NCBI GenBank assembly: GCA_018648805.1
Contig: JABGQM010000005.1
Location: 49,433-113,432, forward strand
Direction of reading: 5' to 3'
From: Verrucomicrobiota bacterium
GTDB taxonomy: Bacteria > Verrucomicrobiota > Kiritimatiellia > UBA8416 > JABMPJ01
Length of the DNA: 64,000 nt
Made by a program: the position numbers and the translations under genes. The notes below the pieces were generated by a model. It ran no database searches and was not told where the DNA came from. It saw only the letters and a program-made list of their open reading frames with translations. Of this stretch, positions 47,349 through 55,289 are shown in pieces. Position 1 is the first letter of the stretch. The number at the start of each line of letters is the position of its first letter.

Positions 47349-48392
47349 ATGGGCACATTCCAGGCCGATTTCGGCCAGTGGTATGCACGGGCATTCGGGT
47401 TTCGTCCGCGGTTGATACGCTGCTACAACGAGGTGATGTACAGGGCGCTTCGCGAATCCGCAGAAACGAAGCGGCAGAAACGGTTCGTGGGTCGTGACGG
47501 GTGGCTCTATTCGTGGGACTATATTGAGCATCTCTGCTTCCCGCGGGCCCTTGAGCAGGGGCTGTTGTCGCATCGTGTCGCTACGCTGGCGAAGGCCCGG
47601 GATATTCTTGCCCAAGAGGGCGTTGCACTCGTTGTGGCTGTGGCTCCCAGCAAAGCCAACGTGCATGCCGATATGCTACCTGCACGTTTCCGTCGCCTTG
47701 CACCGCCCCCCTCCGAATGCTACCAGAGCATGATTAACATGTTTGAAGAGAGCGAAATCCCCTATGTTGATTTCGACGCCCAGTTCATTCGTCATCGGAA
47801 GGAAGACCGTGATTTCATGCCATTTCCGTCGACCGGCATTCACTGGAACTATGTTGTCGCGGGAGATGCGCTGGAGCAGATTATGGGTATGGCCGAGCAG
47901 CAACTCGGTTTTCCTATAAAGCGTAGTGTGCCGAGAGGGGTGATCCAGCGAGAGAGCATTGCCTCCGACCGCGACTTGCTGGATATGCTCAATATCGCCA
48001 CAACTGAGCGCTTCGTCCTGCCGTCACCCTACCCCCGCTACGAGAAATGCGCACCTGAAGGGGCACAAGAGGTGAAGATGTTCTTCGTTGGCGACAGTTT
48101 TGCGAGCCAGTTGATCCGAATTATTGCCGATCAGAGAATGTGTCCGCAACCTACCTTTTGGAGTTACTTCTGCGACGAGAAGGAGGTCGGCTCAACGTAT
48201 AGACGTGCCTTCCGCACATCCCGCATTGATAAGCCCGCAATTGACTGGGATGAGGTCATCGCGGAGCATGATATCATCGTTATTGAGTTCAACGTGGTTT
48301 TCTGCTGGAATCAGCAGGAACACGGGTTCGGGTGGGGGTTTGCTGATAGGCTTGTTGCCGCTATGGAGAGATCCTGCGAGGAGGAACACTGA
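47349..48392 (+). CDS. AlgJ/AlgX/DltD-like (SGNH-like) O-acyltransferase partner, copy 1, 3' portion: N-terminally truncated by the IS insertion and probably inactive
   Basis: Homologous throughout to 50775..52019 (GIHWNYV vs GVHWNHV; KMFFVGDSFASQLIRIIADQ vs RVLLVGDSFAGQIVRIMADQ). Homology extends upstream of the ATG to the IS right end. The signal-anchor segment is left on the other side of the IS. Confidence 0.6.
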   Translation: MGTFQADFGQWYARAFGFRPRLIRCYNEVMYRALRESAETKRQKRFVGRDGWLYSWDYIEHLCFPRALEQGLLSHRVATLAKARDILAQEGVALVVAVAPSKANVHADMLPARFRRLAPPPSECYQSMINMFEESEIPYVDFDAQFIRHRKEDRDFMPFPSTGIHWNYVVAGDALEQIMGMAEQQLGFPIKRSVPRGVIQRESIASDRDLLDMLNIATTERFVLPSPYPRYEKCAPEGAQEVKMFFVGDSFASQLIRIIADQRMCPQPTFWSYFCDEKEVGSTYRRAFRTSRIDKPAIDWDEVIAEHDIIVIEFNVVFCWNQQEHGFGWGFADRLVAAMERSCEEEH

Positions 48393-48396
48393 ACGC

Positions 48397-49170
48397 ATGA
48401 AACTGTTTGTCCAGGAACTGCTGCTCAAGACCTATGCCCTGATCGTACGCACTGGCGTGCTCGAGACTCGGGCTGGCCGCCGGCTCTTCGCGGGGGCTTA
48501 TAACCTCTACAAACTCCTGCTTGAGGCGTGTGAGATACGGTTCTTGCGTGCCTACGTGAAGCCCGGTGAGGTCGTTGTGGATGTTGGCGCCAACGTCGGG
48601 TTCTTCACGCGGCGTTTTGCCCAGTGGGTCAGTGATGGCGGGTTCGTCATTGCGATTGAGCCCGAGGAAACCAACTTCCGGAATCTGCTGCGCAATCTGG
48701 ATCGGTATCATCTTGCGGCCGCCGTCAGGCCGTTCCAGGGCGTTGCGGCTGAAGCGCCCGGCACGCTCAAGCTCGAGATCAATCCGATCCACCCGGCCGA
48801 CCACAAGATCGGTGCCGAAGGCGTCGATGTGACCGCCTACACGGTTGACGGCCTGGTTCGGCAGGAGGGTGTCAGCCGCGTCAGCCTGATGAAAATCGAT
48901 GTGCAAGGCGCCGAAGAACGTGTCCTGCGCGGCGCCGGCGAGATGATCGCGCGTGATCACCCCGTCATCTTCATCGAGATGGATGACACCGGGCTGCGCA
49001 AGATGGACTCCAGCGCCCAACGCGTGATCGATCTGCTCACAGAAGCCAACTACGAGATCCGCCACTTCAGCAAGGCCGGTAAACCCGAGCTGATCTCAAT
49101 CGAGACGGCACTCGGCCTCTGCGCCGATGGCCGCTATACCGACCTGCTGTTTGTGCCTGTTGTTGCGTAG
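48397..49170 (+). CDS. FkbM family methyltransferase
   Basis: ATG at 48397 with GAGGAG upstream. VVDVGANVGFFTRRFA (SAM motif I) and GFVIAIEPEETNFRNL are typical FkbM-family features. Confidence 0.65.
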   Translation: MKLFVQELLLKTYALIVRTGVLETRAGRRLFAGAYNLYKLLLEACEIRFLRAYVKPGEVVVDVGANVGFFTRRFAQWVSDGGFVIAIEPEETNFRNLLRNLDRYHLAAAVRPFQGVAAEAPGTLKLEINPIHPADHKIGAEGVDVTAYTVDGLVRQEGVSRVSLMKIDVQGAEERVLRGAGEMIARDHPVIFIEMDDTGLRKMDSSAQRVIDLLTEANYEIRHFSKAGKPELISIETALGLCADGRYTDLLFVPVVA

Positions 49171-49337
49171 CCCTCTGGGGCGAATAGGCGCGCCAGGAGC
49201 GTGCAGGAGTAGGGCTGCTGGAGTAGAGGCCTATAGCGTAATGTGGCTCTCGCATCCAGGTTTGCTTCCCGTGATCTTATCATTTACTGTCAGTTGGTTC
49301 ATTCATTTCAACGGCGTCTCTTCTGGGTGGGATTCGA

Positions 49338-50774
49338 TTGGTCTTTAGTTCTCTACTCTTTCTGTTGGTGTTCCTTCCCGTCTTTCTTGGGATTTACTAC
49401 GCCAGCCCCAGGTCCTGGCGCAATGCCGTAGCGGTAGCAGGCAGTCTGCTCTTCTACGCGTGGGGTGCTCCGCGATTCATAGTGGCCCTGCTGGGCTCCT
49501 GCCTGGTTGACTATGTCTGTACACGCAAGATGGGATCCGACCCCCAACGCACGCGTGCTCGTATTGTTCTTGCGATTGCCTTCAATGTGAGCGTTCTCGT
49601 CTTCTTTAAATACTCGAACTTCATGGTGCAGCAGTGCAATGGGCTCCTTGGCTCGATATCATCTGGTGGTGTGATTCCCTGGAAGACCATCGCGCTGCCC
49701 ATCGGGATCTCTTTCTTCACATTCCAGAAGATCAGCTATCTGGTGGATGTGCGGCGAGAGCGCATGGAGCCGGCCCGCACCTTTCTGGATTACCTGCTCT
49801 ATGTCTGTCTGTTTCCTCAACTGATAGCAGGACCCATCGTGCGGTACCACGATGTGGCCCGTCAGATCACGAGTCGTGTTCACTCCACACTGCTGGTCTC
49901 TGATGGGTTCCGCCGGTTCGTGATCGGGCTGGCCAAGAAAGTGCTGATTGCCAACCATGTGGGGCTGATTGCTGACGCGACGTTCAACGGATCGCCCAGT
50001 CATCTGTCCTGTGGCCAGGCGTGGATCGGGGTCATCGCCTATAGCTTTCAGATCTACTTTGACTTCTCTGGTTACTCCGACATGGCTATCGGTTTGGGTC
50101 GGCTGATGGGGTTTCGGTTTCTCGAGAACTTCAATAGGCCTTACCTCGCGATCGGTTTTACCGATTTCTGGCGTCGATGGCATATCTCGCTTTCCAACTG
50201 GATGCGGGAGTATCTGTATCTACCCCTCGGGGGAAATCGCGTATCACACTTTGTGCAGATTCGGAATCTCTGGATTGTGTTTCTGGTGTCTGGACTCTGG
50301 CATGGCGCCAGTTGGAATTTTGTGGCGTGGGGTGCCTATCATGGTCTCTTCCTCTCCTTGGAAAAGGGGCGTAGGGTACAATCGCTTCTCACGGTTCTGC
50401 CCGCCTGGGTTCGCAGGTCTGTGACGTTCCTGCTGATATCCATTGGATGGTGTTTCTTTCGTGCCGGTACGTTCGAGGGGGCTCTGGCAATGATCTCACG
50501 GTTGTTCACCTTAGGTCCGGCTACAGCGGCGATCGTTCCCATACGAAGCTTGGCGTATTTGCTGAGCCCTAGAATCGCAGTGGCCCTGCTGGTCGCCGCC
50601 ATACTCAGTTTTTGGCCGGAATCCGGGCGTAGCCATCGGAAGGTGGTGCCGGGTTCTGGGGTGTGGACAGTGGACCATCTGTTCTCTGCCGCCGGGACGA
50701 TCGTGCTGTTGCTGGCCTGTGTCGGGGCTCTGACGGTCCAAGATTTTAACCCCTTCATCTACTTCAGGTTCTAG
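49338..50774 (+). CDS. MBOAT family membrane-bound O-acyltransferase (AlgI/DltB-like), copy 2
   Basis: Paralog of 43846..45294 with the same motifs: FFTFQKISYLVDVRRE, YFDFSGYSDMAIGLGRLMGF, WRRWHISLSNWMREYLYLPLGGNR. N-terminus MVFSSLLFLLVFLPVFLGIYY. Confidence 0.75.
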   Translation: MVFSSLLFLLVFLPVFLGIYYASPRSWRNAVAVAGSLLFYAWGAPRFIVALLGSCLVDYVCTRKMGSDPQRTRARIVLAIAFNVSVLVFFKYSNFMVQQCNGLLGSISSGGVIPWKTIALPIGISFFTFQKISYLVDVRRERMEPARTFLDYLLYVCLFPQLIAGPIVRYHDVARQITSRVHSTLLVSDGFRRFVIGLAKKVLIANHVGLIADATFNGSPSHLSCGQAWIGVIAYSFQIYFDFSGYSDMAIGLGRLMGFRFLENFNRPYLAIGFTDFWRRWHISLSNWMREYLYLPLGGNRVSHFVQIRNLWIVFLVSGLWHGASWNFVAWGAYHGLFLSLEKGRRVQSLLTVLPAWVRRSVTFLLISIGWCFFRAGTFEGALAMISRLFTLGPATAAIVPIRSLAYLLSPRIAVALLVAAILSFWPESGRSHRKVVPGSGVWTVDHLFSAAGTIVLLLACVGALTVQDFNPFIYFRF

Positions 50775-52019
50775 ATGCGTCGCTTCCTACAACTGGGCCC
50801 GATCATGGTTTACGCGGCAGTGGTGGCCTCTGTGGCCATTCAGCAGTACACTCGTCGTGTGGAGCTCCATCCGCTCGATGGGGAACCGTTGCCCGAAAAT
50901 ATCCCGGCGCCCGTCTGTGACCTGCGGCATTGGTTTGATGGAACGCTGCAGGCAGAGCTGTCATCCTGGTACCCTAAGATTCTCGGGTTCAGGCCGTTGA
51001 TCATTCGCCTCTACAATGAGGTCTTGTATTCTGCGTTGCATGATGCGAACAGCGGGTCCCGCTCGAAGGTGGTTGTGGGAAGGGATGAAGAACTCTTCAC
51101 ATGGTATTTCGTCTCCCGTAGCATCTACCATGCAACGCTGAACGAGGCGCTCCTCGAAGCGCGCGTGGAGAAGCTGAAGCGAGTACAGAGCATTCTGCAT
51201 GATCGGGGCATTGCCCTTGTGGTGGTGATCACGCCGAGCAAGGCGAGTGTTTACCATGATAAACTCCCGTATCGTTTCTCTCGCGGGTGGACGTCGCAAC
51301 CGCCTCCCCTCTATGCGCGAATGCGCTCGTTACTTGAGGACGCCGGGGTCCGGTACTTGGATTTCGATAGAGAGTTTCTACGCAAACGCACAATGGATGA
51401 CCAGTTTGGGCCTTTCCCGAAGACCGGCGTTCACTGGAACCATGTGTCCGCCGGATATGCGTTGGAGCGTATCTTCAAAGAGGGGGAAGCACAGCTTGGG
51501 GTGGACATTGAGCGCCGTGTTCCCGTGGGAGTGGCCTCGCGCCGCACCATTGATACGGACCGCGACGCTCTGAGTATGCTCAATCTGCTATCAGATTCGC
51601 GGCGGGCCCTGCCGTCTCCGTATCCGCTGTATCGCCCCCATGGAGTTGATGGTGCTTTACGGGCCCGCGTGCTTCTCGTAGGCGATAGTTTTGCGGGGCA
51701 GATTGTCAGGATCATGGCCGATCAGGATATGTGTGACTATGTGACGTACTGGTGGTACTTCCGGTCAGAAGCCACAGTGGGATCCACGGTTACCCCCGCG
51801 TTTGCCCGAAAGCCGATTGCCAAGGATTCCATTGACTGGAACCAGCTGCTGGACGACCACAACCTGGTCGTCATCGAGTTCAACAAGGCCTTTTGCAAGT
51901 CCCAGCAGGTTCAGGGGTTCGGCTGGGGGTTTGCGGATGCGCTTGCCGATGCCTTCCCCGCTCCGTCCGAGACATCGCCCGACGGTATACGGTCTCAAGT
52001 CGATCCCTCACAACCGTAG
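50775..52019 (+). CDS. AlgJ/AlgX/DltD-like (SGNH-like) O-acyltransferase partner, copy 2 (intact, with N-terminal signal anchor)
   Basis: ATG follows immediately after the MBOAT stop. N-terminal hydrophobic segment MVYAAVVASVAIQQY. Motifs GVHWNHVSAGY and LLVGDSFAGQIV. Confidence 0.55.
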   Translation: MRRFLQLGPIMVYAAVVASVAIQQYTRRVELHPLDGEPLPENIPAPVCDLRHWFDGTLQAELSSWYPKILGFRPLIIRLYNEVLYSALHDANSGSRSKVVVGRDEELFTWYFVSRSIYHATLNEALLEARVEKLKRVQSILHDRGIALVVVITPSKASVYHDKLPYRFSRGWTSQPPPLYARMRSLLEDAGVRYLDFDREFLRKRTMDDQFGPFPKTGVHWNHVSAGYALERIFKEGEAQLGVDIERRVPVGVASRRTIDTDRDALSMLNLLSDSRRALPSPYPLYRPHGVDGALRARVLLVGDSFAGQIVRIMADQDMCDYVTYWWYFRSEATVGSTVTPAFARKPIAKDSIDWNQLLDDHNLVVIEFNKAFCKSQQVQGFGWGFADALADAFPAPSETSPDGIRSQVDPSQP

Positions 52020-53058
52020 GGCCGAACTGCTCATGCATGTTTCGGCTTGCCGTGTGTCCGAGCCGCTGCTTCAGGTCTGCGTCATCCAAGAGCCGCGTGA
52101 CGGCCTCAGCCAGAGCGGAGGTGTCCCCCGGAGGCACTAGAAGACCTGTCTGCTCGTGCTGCACGACTTCGGGAATGGCGCCAATGCGCGAGGCGATGAT
52201 GGGCTTGCTGAACGAGGCGGCTACGAATGGGATGCTGCTCTGGCTGGCTTCAAGATAGGGCGCCAGGGCAATCGAACATCGCTCAAACAGCGCCGCGCTC
52301 TCGGCATCCGAGACAAACCGGTTGATCACCTCGATGCGGTCACCCAGTTGCGCTATCGGGGCGGCGTAGGGGGTCAGGTCGCCTTGTCCGGCCAGGATAA
52401 GCTTGGCATCGGGCTGGTGTTCGAGAATATCGGGCATGGCTTCCAGAATCGTGCGGATGCCCTTGTACTCCCGCAGGCGGCCGTACAGGAGAAGGGTGTT
52501 GGGCTCCTCGGCAATGCCCGTACGCCACGGCTCGAAGACATCATGAAAGGCCATGGGTGTCACGCACACGCGCGCCGGTGCCAAGTGCCACTTGGCGAGT
52601 GCCAATTCGCGTAGTTTTTCGCTGTGCACGGTAATGATGCGGCTGTGTTTGAGCAGTGGGGCCAGCTTCATGCGGTCGAACGGACGCGGCTCACCCAGGT
52701 GCGGGTCGATGTCATGAATGGTCGATACCATGGGGTAACGGCGTGCCAGGGCACCCAGGAAAAGCCCATAGAGAATGTGGCCGCTGTTGACGTGAATGAT
52801 ATCGGGCTGCCAGTGGTGAATGTCGCGTACGATACGGTGTACCAGCATGGGTGCCGCCAGGTAGCGCAGCAGTTCACCGAGTGTGGCCCACTGCGGCACA
52901 CCGTAAGTGAAGGATCGACTGGCGCTGGACAAATGCTCGTCTGAAACGCCTCTTGGAAGGAAACATGCGACCTCATGGCGCGGTCGCAAGGCGTGCGCCA
53001 GGCTGCTGGCATAGTGCGCCATTGCACCCACATGTAGACTGAGAATAGCTACCCGCAT
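51880..53058 (-). CDS. Glycosyltransferase family 4 (group 1)
   Basis: MRVAILSLHVGAMAHYASSLAHALRPRHEV and a typical GT4 C-terminal half (...LLYGRLREYKGIRTILEAM...EVINRFVSDAE...). The 3' end overlaps the convergent gene by ~140 nt. Confidence 0.65.
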   Translation of the reverse strand: MRVAILSLHVGAMAHYASSLAHALRPRHEVACFLPRGVSDEHLSSASRSFTYGVPQWATLGELLRYLAAPMLVHRIVRDIHHWQPDIIHVNSGHILYGLFLGALARRYPMVSTIHDIDPHLGEPRPFDRMKLAPLLKHSRIITVHSEKLRELALAKWHLAPARVCVTPMAFHDVFEPWRTGIAEEPNTLLLYGRLREYKGIRTILEAMPDILEHQPDAKLILAGQGDLTPYAAPIAQLGDRIEVINRFVSDAESAALFERCSIALAPYLEASQSSIPFVAASFSKPIIASRIGAIPEVVQHEQTGLLVPPGDTSALAEAVTRLLDDADLKQRLGHTASRNMHEQFGPTVVRDRLETVYRRAMSRTERGRHRQAHPQTPSRTPEPAGTCKRPC

Positions 53059-54288
53059 TCAGTTCTCCCGTATAGCACTCACGTGGGCCGCGTAACGCGA
53101 CCAGATGGAGGCCCAGTCATAGGCCTCGGCCGCAACACGGCAGGCGGCGCCCAGGGCCCGCCGCCGCTCTGGTGCATCGATCAGTGCTTCGAGGGCTGCG
53201 CGCAGGGCCTCCGGTTGGGCCGGCGGCACCAGCATTTCGGCCAGCTCGCCCTGTAGCACCTGCGGAATATCACCCACGGGGGTGGTCAGGCAGGGCAGAC
53301 CCGAGGCCATTGCCTCCATCAAGGCCAGTGGCAACCCCTCCTGCTGCGTTGGCAACACAAAGATGTCGGCTGCGCGCAGTTCGGGGGCCAGCACCTCCTC
53401 GTCGGCCAGCCCTTTGAGTGTCATGGTGCCCTGCAGCCCGGCCTTATCAATCTGCTCGCGTAAGACCGATTCGTACGGCCCGGATCCGTAGACATCTGCC
53501 TGCAGGCGTGCCCGCGTCCCGGCCGGCATACCCGCAATGGCTTCAATCAAGTGCTGAATGCCCTTGCGCTCGATCAATTGGGCCACCGTGATCAGCCGGA
53601 TGGTGCTGTCATCGCGGGCGTCGCCCTCTGTGGCGGGGTGAAATACGCGCGTATCGACCCCGTTCGGAATCACGCCGAACTCGCGTGAGGGTAGCGTCTG
53701 TTTCGCCAGATCGGCCAGCGGGGAGCTTACGGCGCTGACGTGGGCCGCGCGGCGCCAGACATAGCGTGCCACCGCCCGCATGATCGGATGCAGCAGAGCG
53801 AAACGGCCCGGCTGGTAGCCCGGCACATCCGAGCCCTGTAGCACGGTGATGAAGGGGGTGCCGTAGCGCCGCGACCAAGCCGCCCCCAGCAAGCCGGCCG
53901 GCATGGTGAAGACCGCTATGATGGCTTGCGGGTTCAGCTTGTCTTCCAGCGCGGCCATGTGGCGGCGTCCGGACCGGTAAAACGCGAGAAGCTCCAACAC
54001 CGAGTGGCGCGTCCAGTTCTTTTTGGGGCAAGGGATGCGGTGGACATCGACCCCGTTGCGCTGCTCCTCGGCCGGCAGGCGCCCCCCGATGTCGGAAGTC
54101 AGCACGCTGACAGCGTACTCGCCCGAGGCTGCGGCCTGCTCGGCAATGGCTGCCGCCGCACGCTCAGCTCCACCGTAGTAGGGGGGGTAGCCCTGGCAGA
54201 TTACGAGCAGGCGCGTCTGTGCCTCGCGCGGCTGTGTTGACGCCGCCGGCTCAGGCGTCGTCGGTTGCATCTTCTTCTCGGCGCTCAT
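53059..54288 (-). CDS. Glycosyltransferase family 4 (group 1)
   Basis: LLVICQGYPPYYGGAERAAAAIAE (GT4 N-terminal motif) and a C-terminal EGLPLALMEAMASGLPCLTTPVGDIPQVL (E-x7-E-like region). Confidence 0.7.
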   Translation of the reverse strand: MSAEKKMQPTTPEPAASTQPREAQTRLLVICQGYPPYYGGAERAAAAIAEQAAASGEYAVSVLTSDIGGRLPAEEQRNGVDVHRIPCPKKNWTRHSVLELLAFYRSGRRHMAALEDKLNPQAIIAVFTMPAGLLGAAWSRRYGTPFITVLQGSDVPGYQPGRFALLHPIMRAVARYVWRRAAHVSAVSSPLADLAKQTLPSREFGVIPNGVDTRVFHPATEGDARDDSTIRLITVAQLIERKGIQHLIEAIAGMPAGTRARLQADVYGSGPYESVLREQIDKAGLQGTMTLKGLADEEVLAPELRAADIFVLPTQQEGLPLALMEAMASGLPCLTTPVGDIPQVLQGELAEMLVPPAQPEALRAALEALIDAPERRRALGAACRVAAEAYDWASIWSRYAAHVSAIREN

Positions 54289-55195
54289 GATCCTCCCAGA
54301 ACAGGCTGGTCTGGGAACTCATTTCCTTGCGGAGCGAAGCAATCTGGTCCCCGAGCAAACCAAAGTGAAAGATGATGATACCGGCCAGGAGCGATAGGAT
54401 CGCGCCACCTTCGATATGCATGCCCCATTTCGCAAAGATGTAGGCCTGGTAGAGCACGCCGATAGCCATCAGGCCTATGGCCGGATACCCGAAGGCGCGC
54501 ATCGGGTCGAACAGCATCATCAGGCGCAAAGAAAGTAAGAGTGTCTTCATGCCGTCATACACGATGCGCACCGTGCTTGACCCCTTACGCGGGTGCACGA
54601 TCACTGGTACGAAGATTGTGGAGAAACGGCTGCGCATACCGAACATAAGCGAGGTGGTTGAGAACGAAAAGCCATCCGGCAACAGATCCAGCATCTGCAT
54701 ATAGATGCGTCGCCGCCCACCGCGCAGGCCGCAGTTGATATCCGGAATCTTGCGCGCGGCCAGGAAGTTGCAGACCCAATGTAGAATCCATTTTCCCGGT
54801 CGCCGCACCATCGGTACCCCGGCATGCTTGGCGCGCTCGCCGAAGACCATCTCGTGGTCTTTGAGCGCGTCGATCAAGGCCGGCAGGTTGCAGGGATCAT
54901 GCTGGCCGTCGCTGTCGAGAAAGATAACGTTCAGCGCCCGCGTGGCGCGGATGCCAGTCTTGAGCGATGCCCCGTAGCCGTGGTTGGAGGGATGCCGGAT
55001 CACGCGGATGCGGTCACCGAACCCCTGCAGCACTTCGCTGGACCCATCCTCCGAGGCATCATCCACCGCGATCACATCACAGGGCTGACCCGCCACGGCA
55101 TCCAGTACCCCCTGAATCACATCCCCGACGGCCTCGGCTTCATTGTAGACCGGGATAATAATGGCAAACTGGTTTGAATCCTTGGGTGTGGTCAA
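54251..55195 (-). CDS. GT2 polyprenyl-phosphate glycosyltransferase (GtrB/ArnC/DPM1-like) with two C-terminal TM helices
   Basis: FAIIIPVYNEAEAVGDVIQGV...VIAVDDASEDGS...IFLDSDGQHDP. C-terminal TM region LLLSLRLMMLF...ILSLLAGIIIFHFGLLGDQI. Confidence 0.7.
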   Translation of the reverse strand: MTTPKDSNQFAIIIPVYNEAEAVGDVIQGVLDAVAGQPCDVIAVDDASEDGSSEVLQGFGDRIRVIRHPSNHGYGASLKTGIRATRALNVIFLDSDGQHDPCNLPALIDALKDHEMVFGERAKHAGVPMVRRPGKWILHWVCNFLAARKIPDINCGLRGGRRRIYMQMLDLLPDGFSFSTTSLMFGMRSRFSTIFVPVIVHPRKGSSTVRIVYDGMKTLLLSLRLMMLFDPMRAFGYPAIGLMAIGVLYQAYIFAKWGMHIEGGAILSLLAGIIIFHFGLLGDQIASLRKEMSSQTSLFWEDHERREEDATDDA

Positions 55196-55289
55196 CGGCG
55201 GTTCCTCTCGTTCGGTTACTCAATCACGGCATGCTATAGGAAGCGGTGTGCGGTGTCGAGGCGGGACATCCCGCGCCGTGTTAGCCGTG

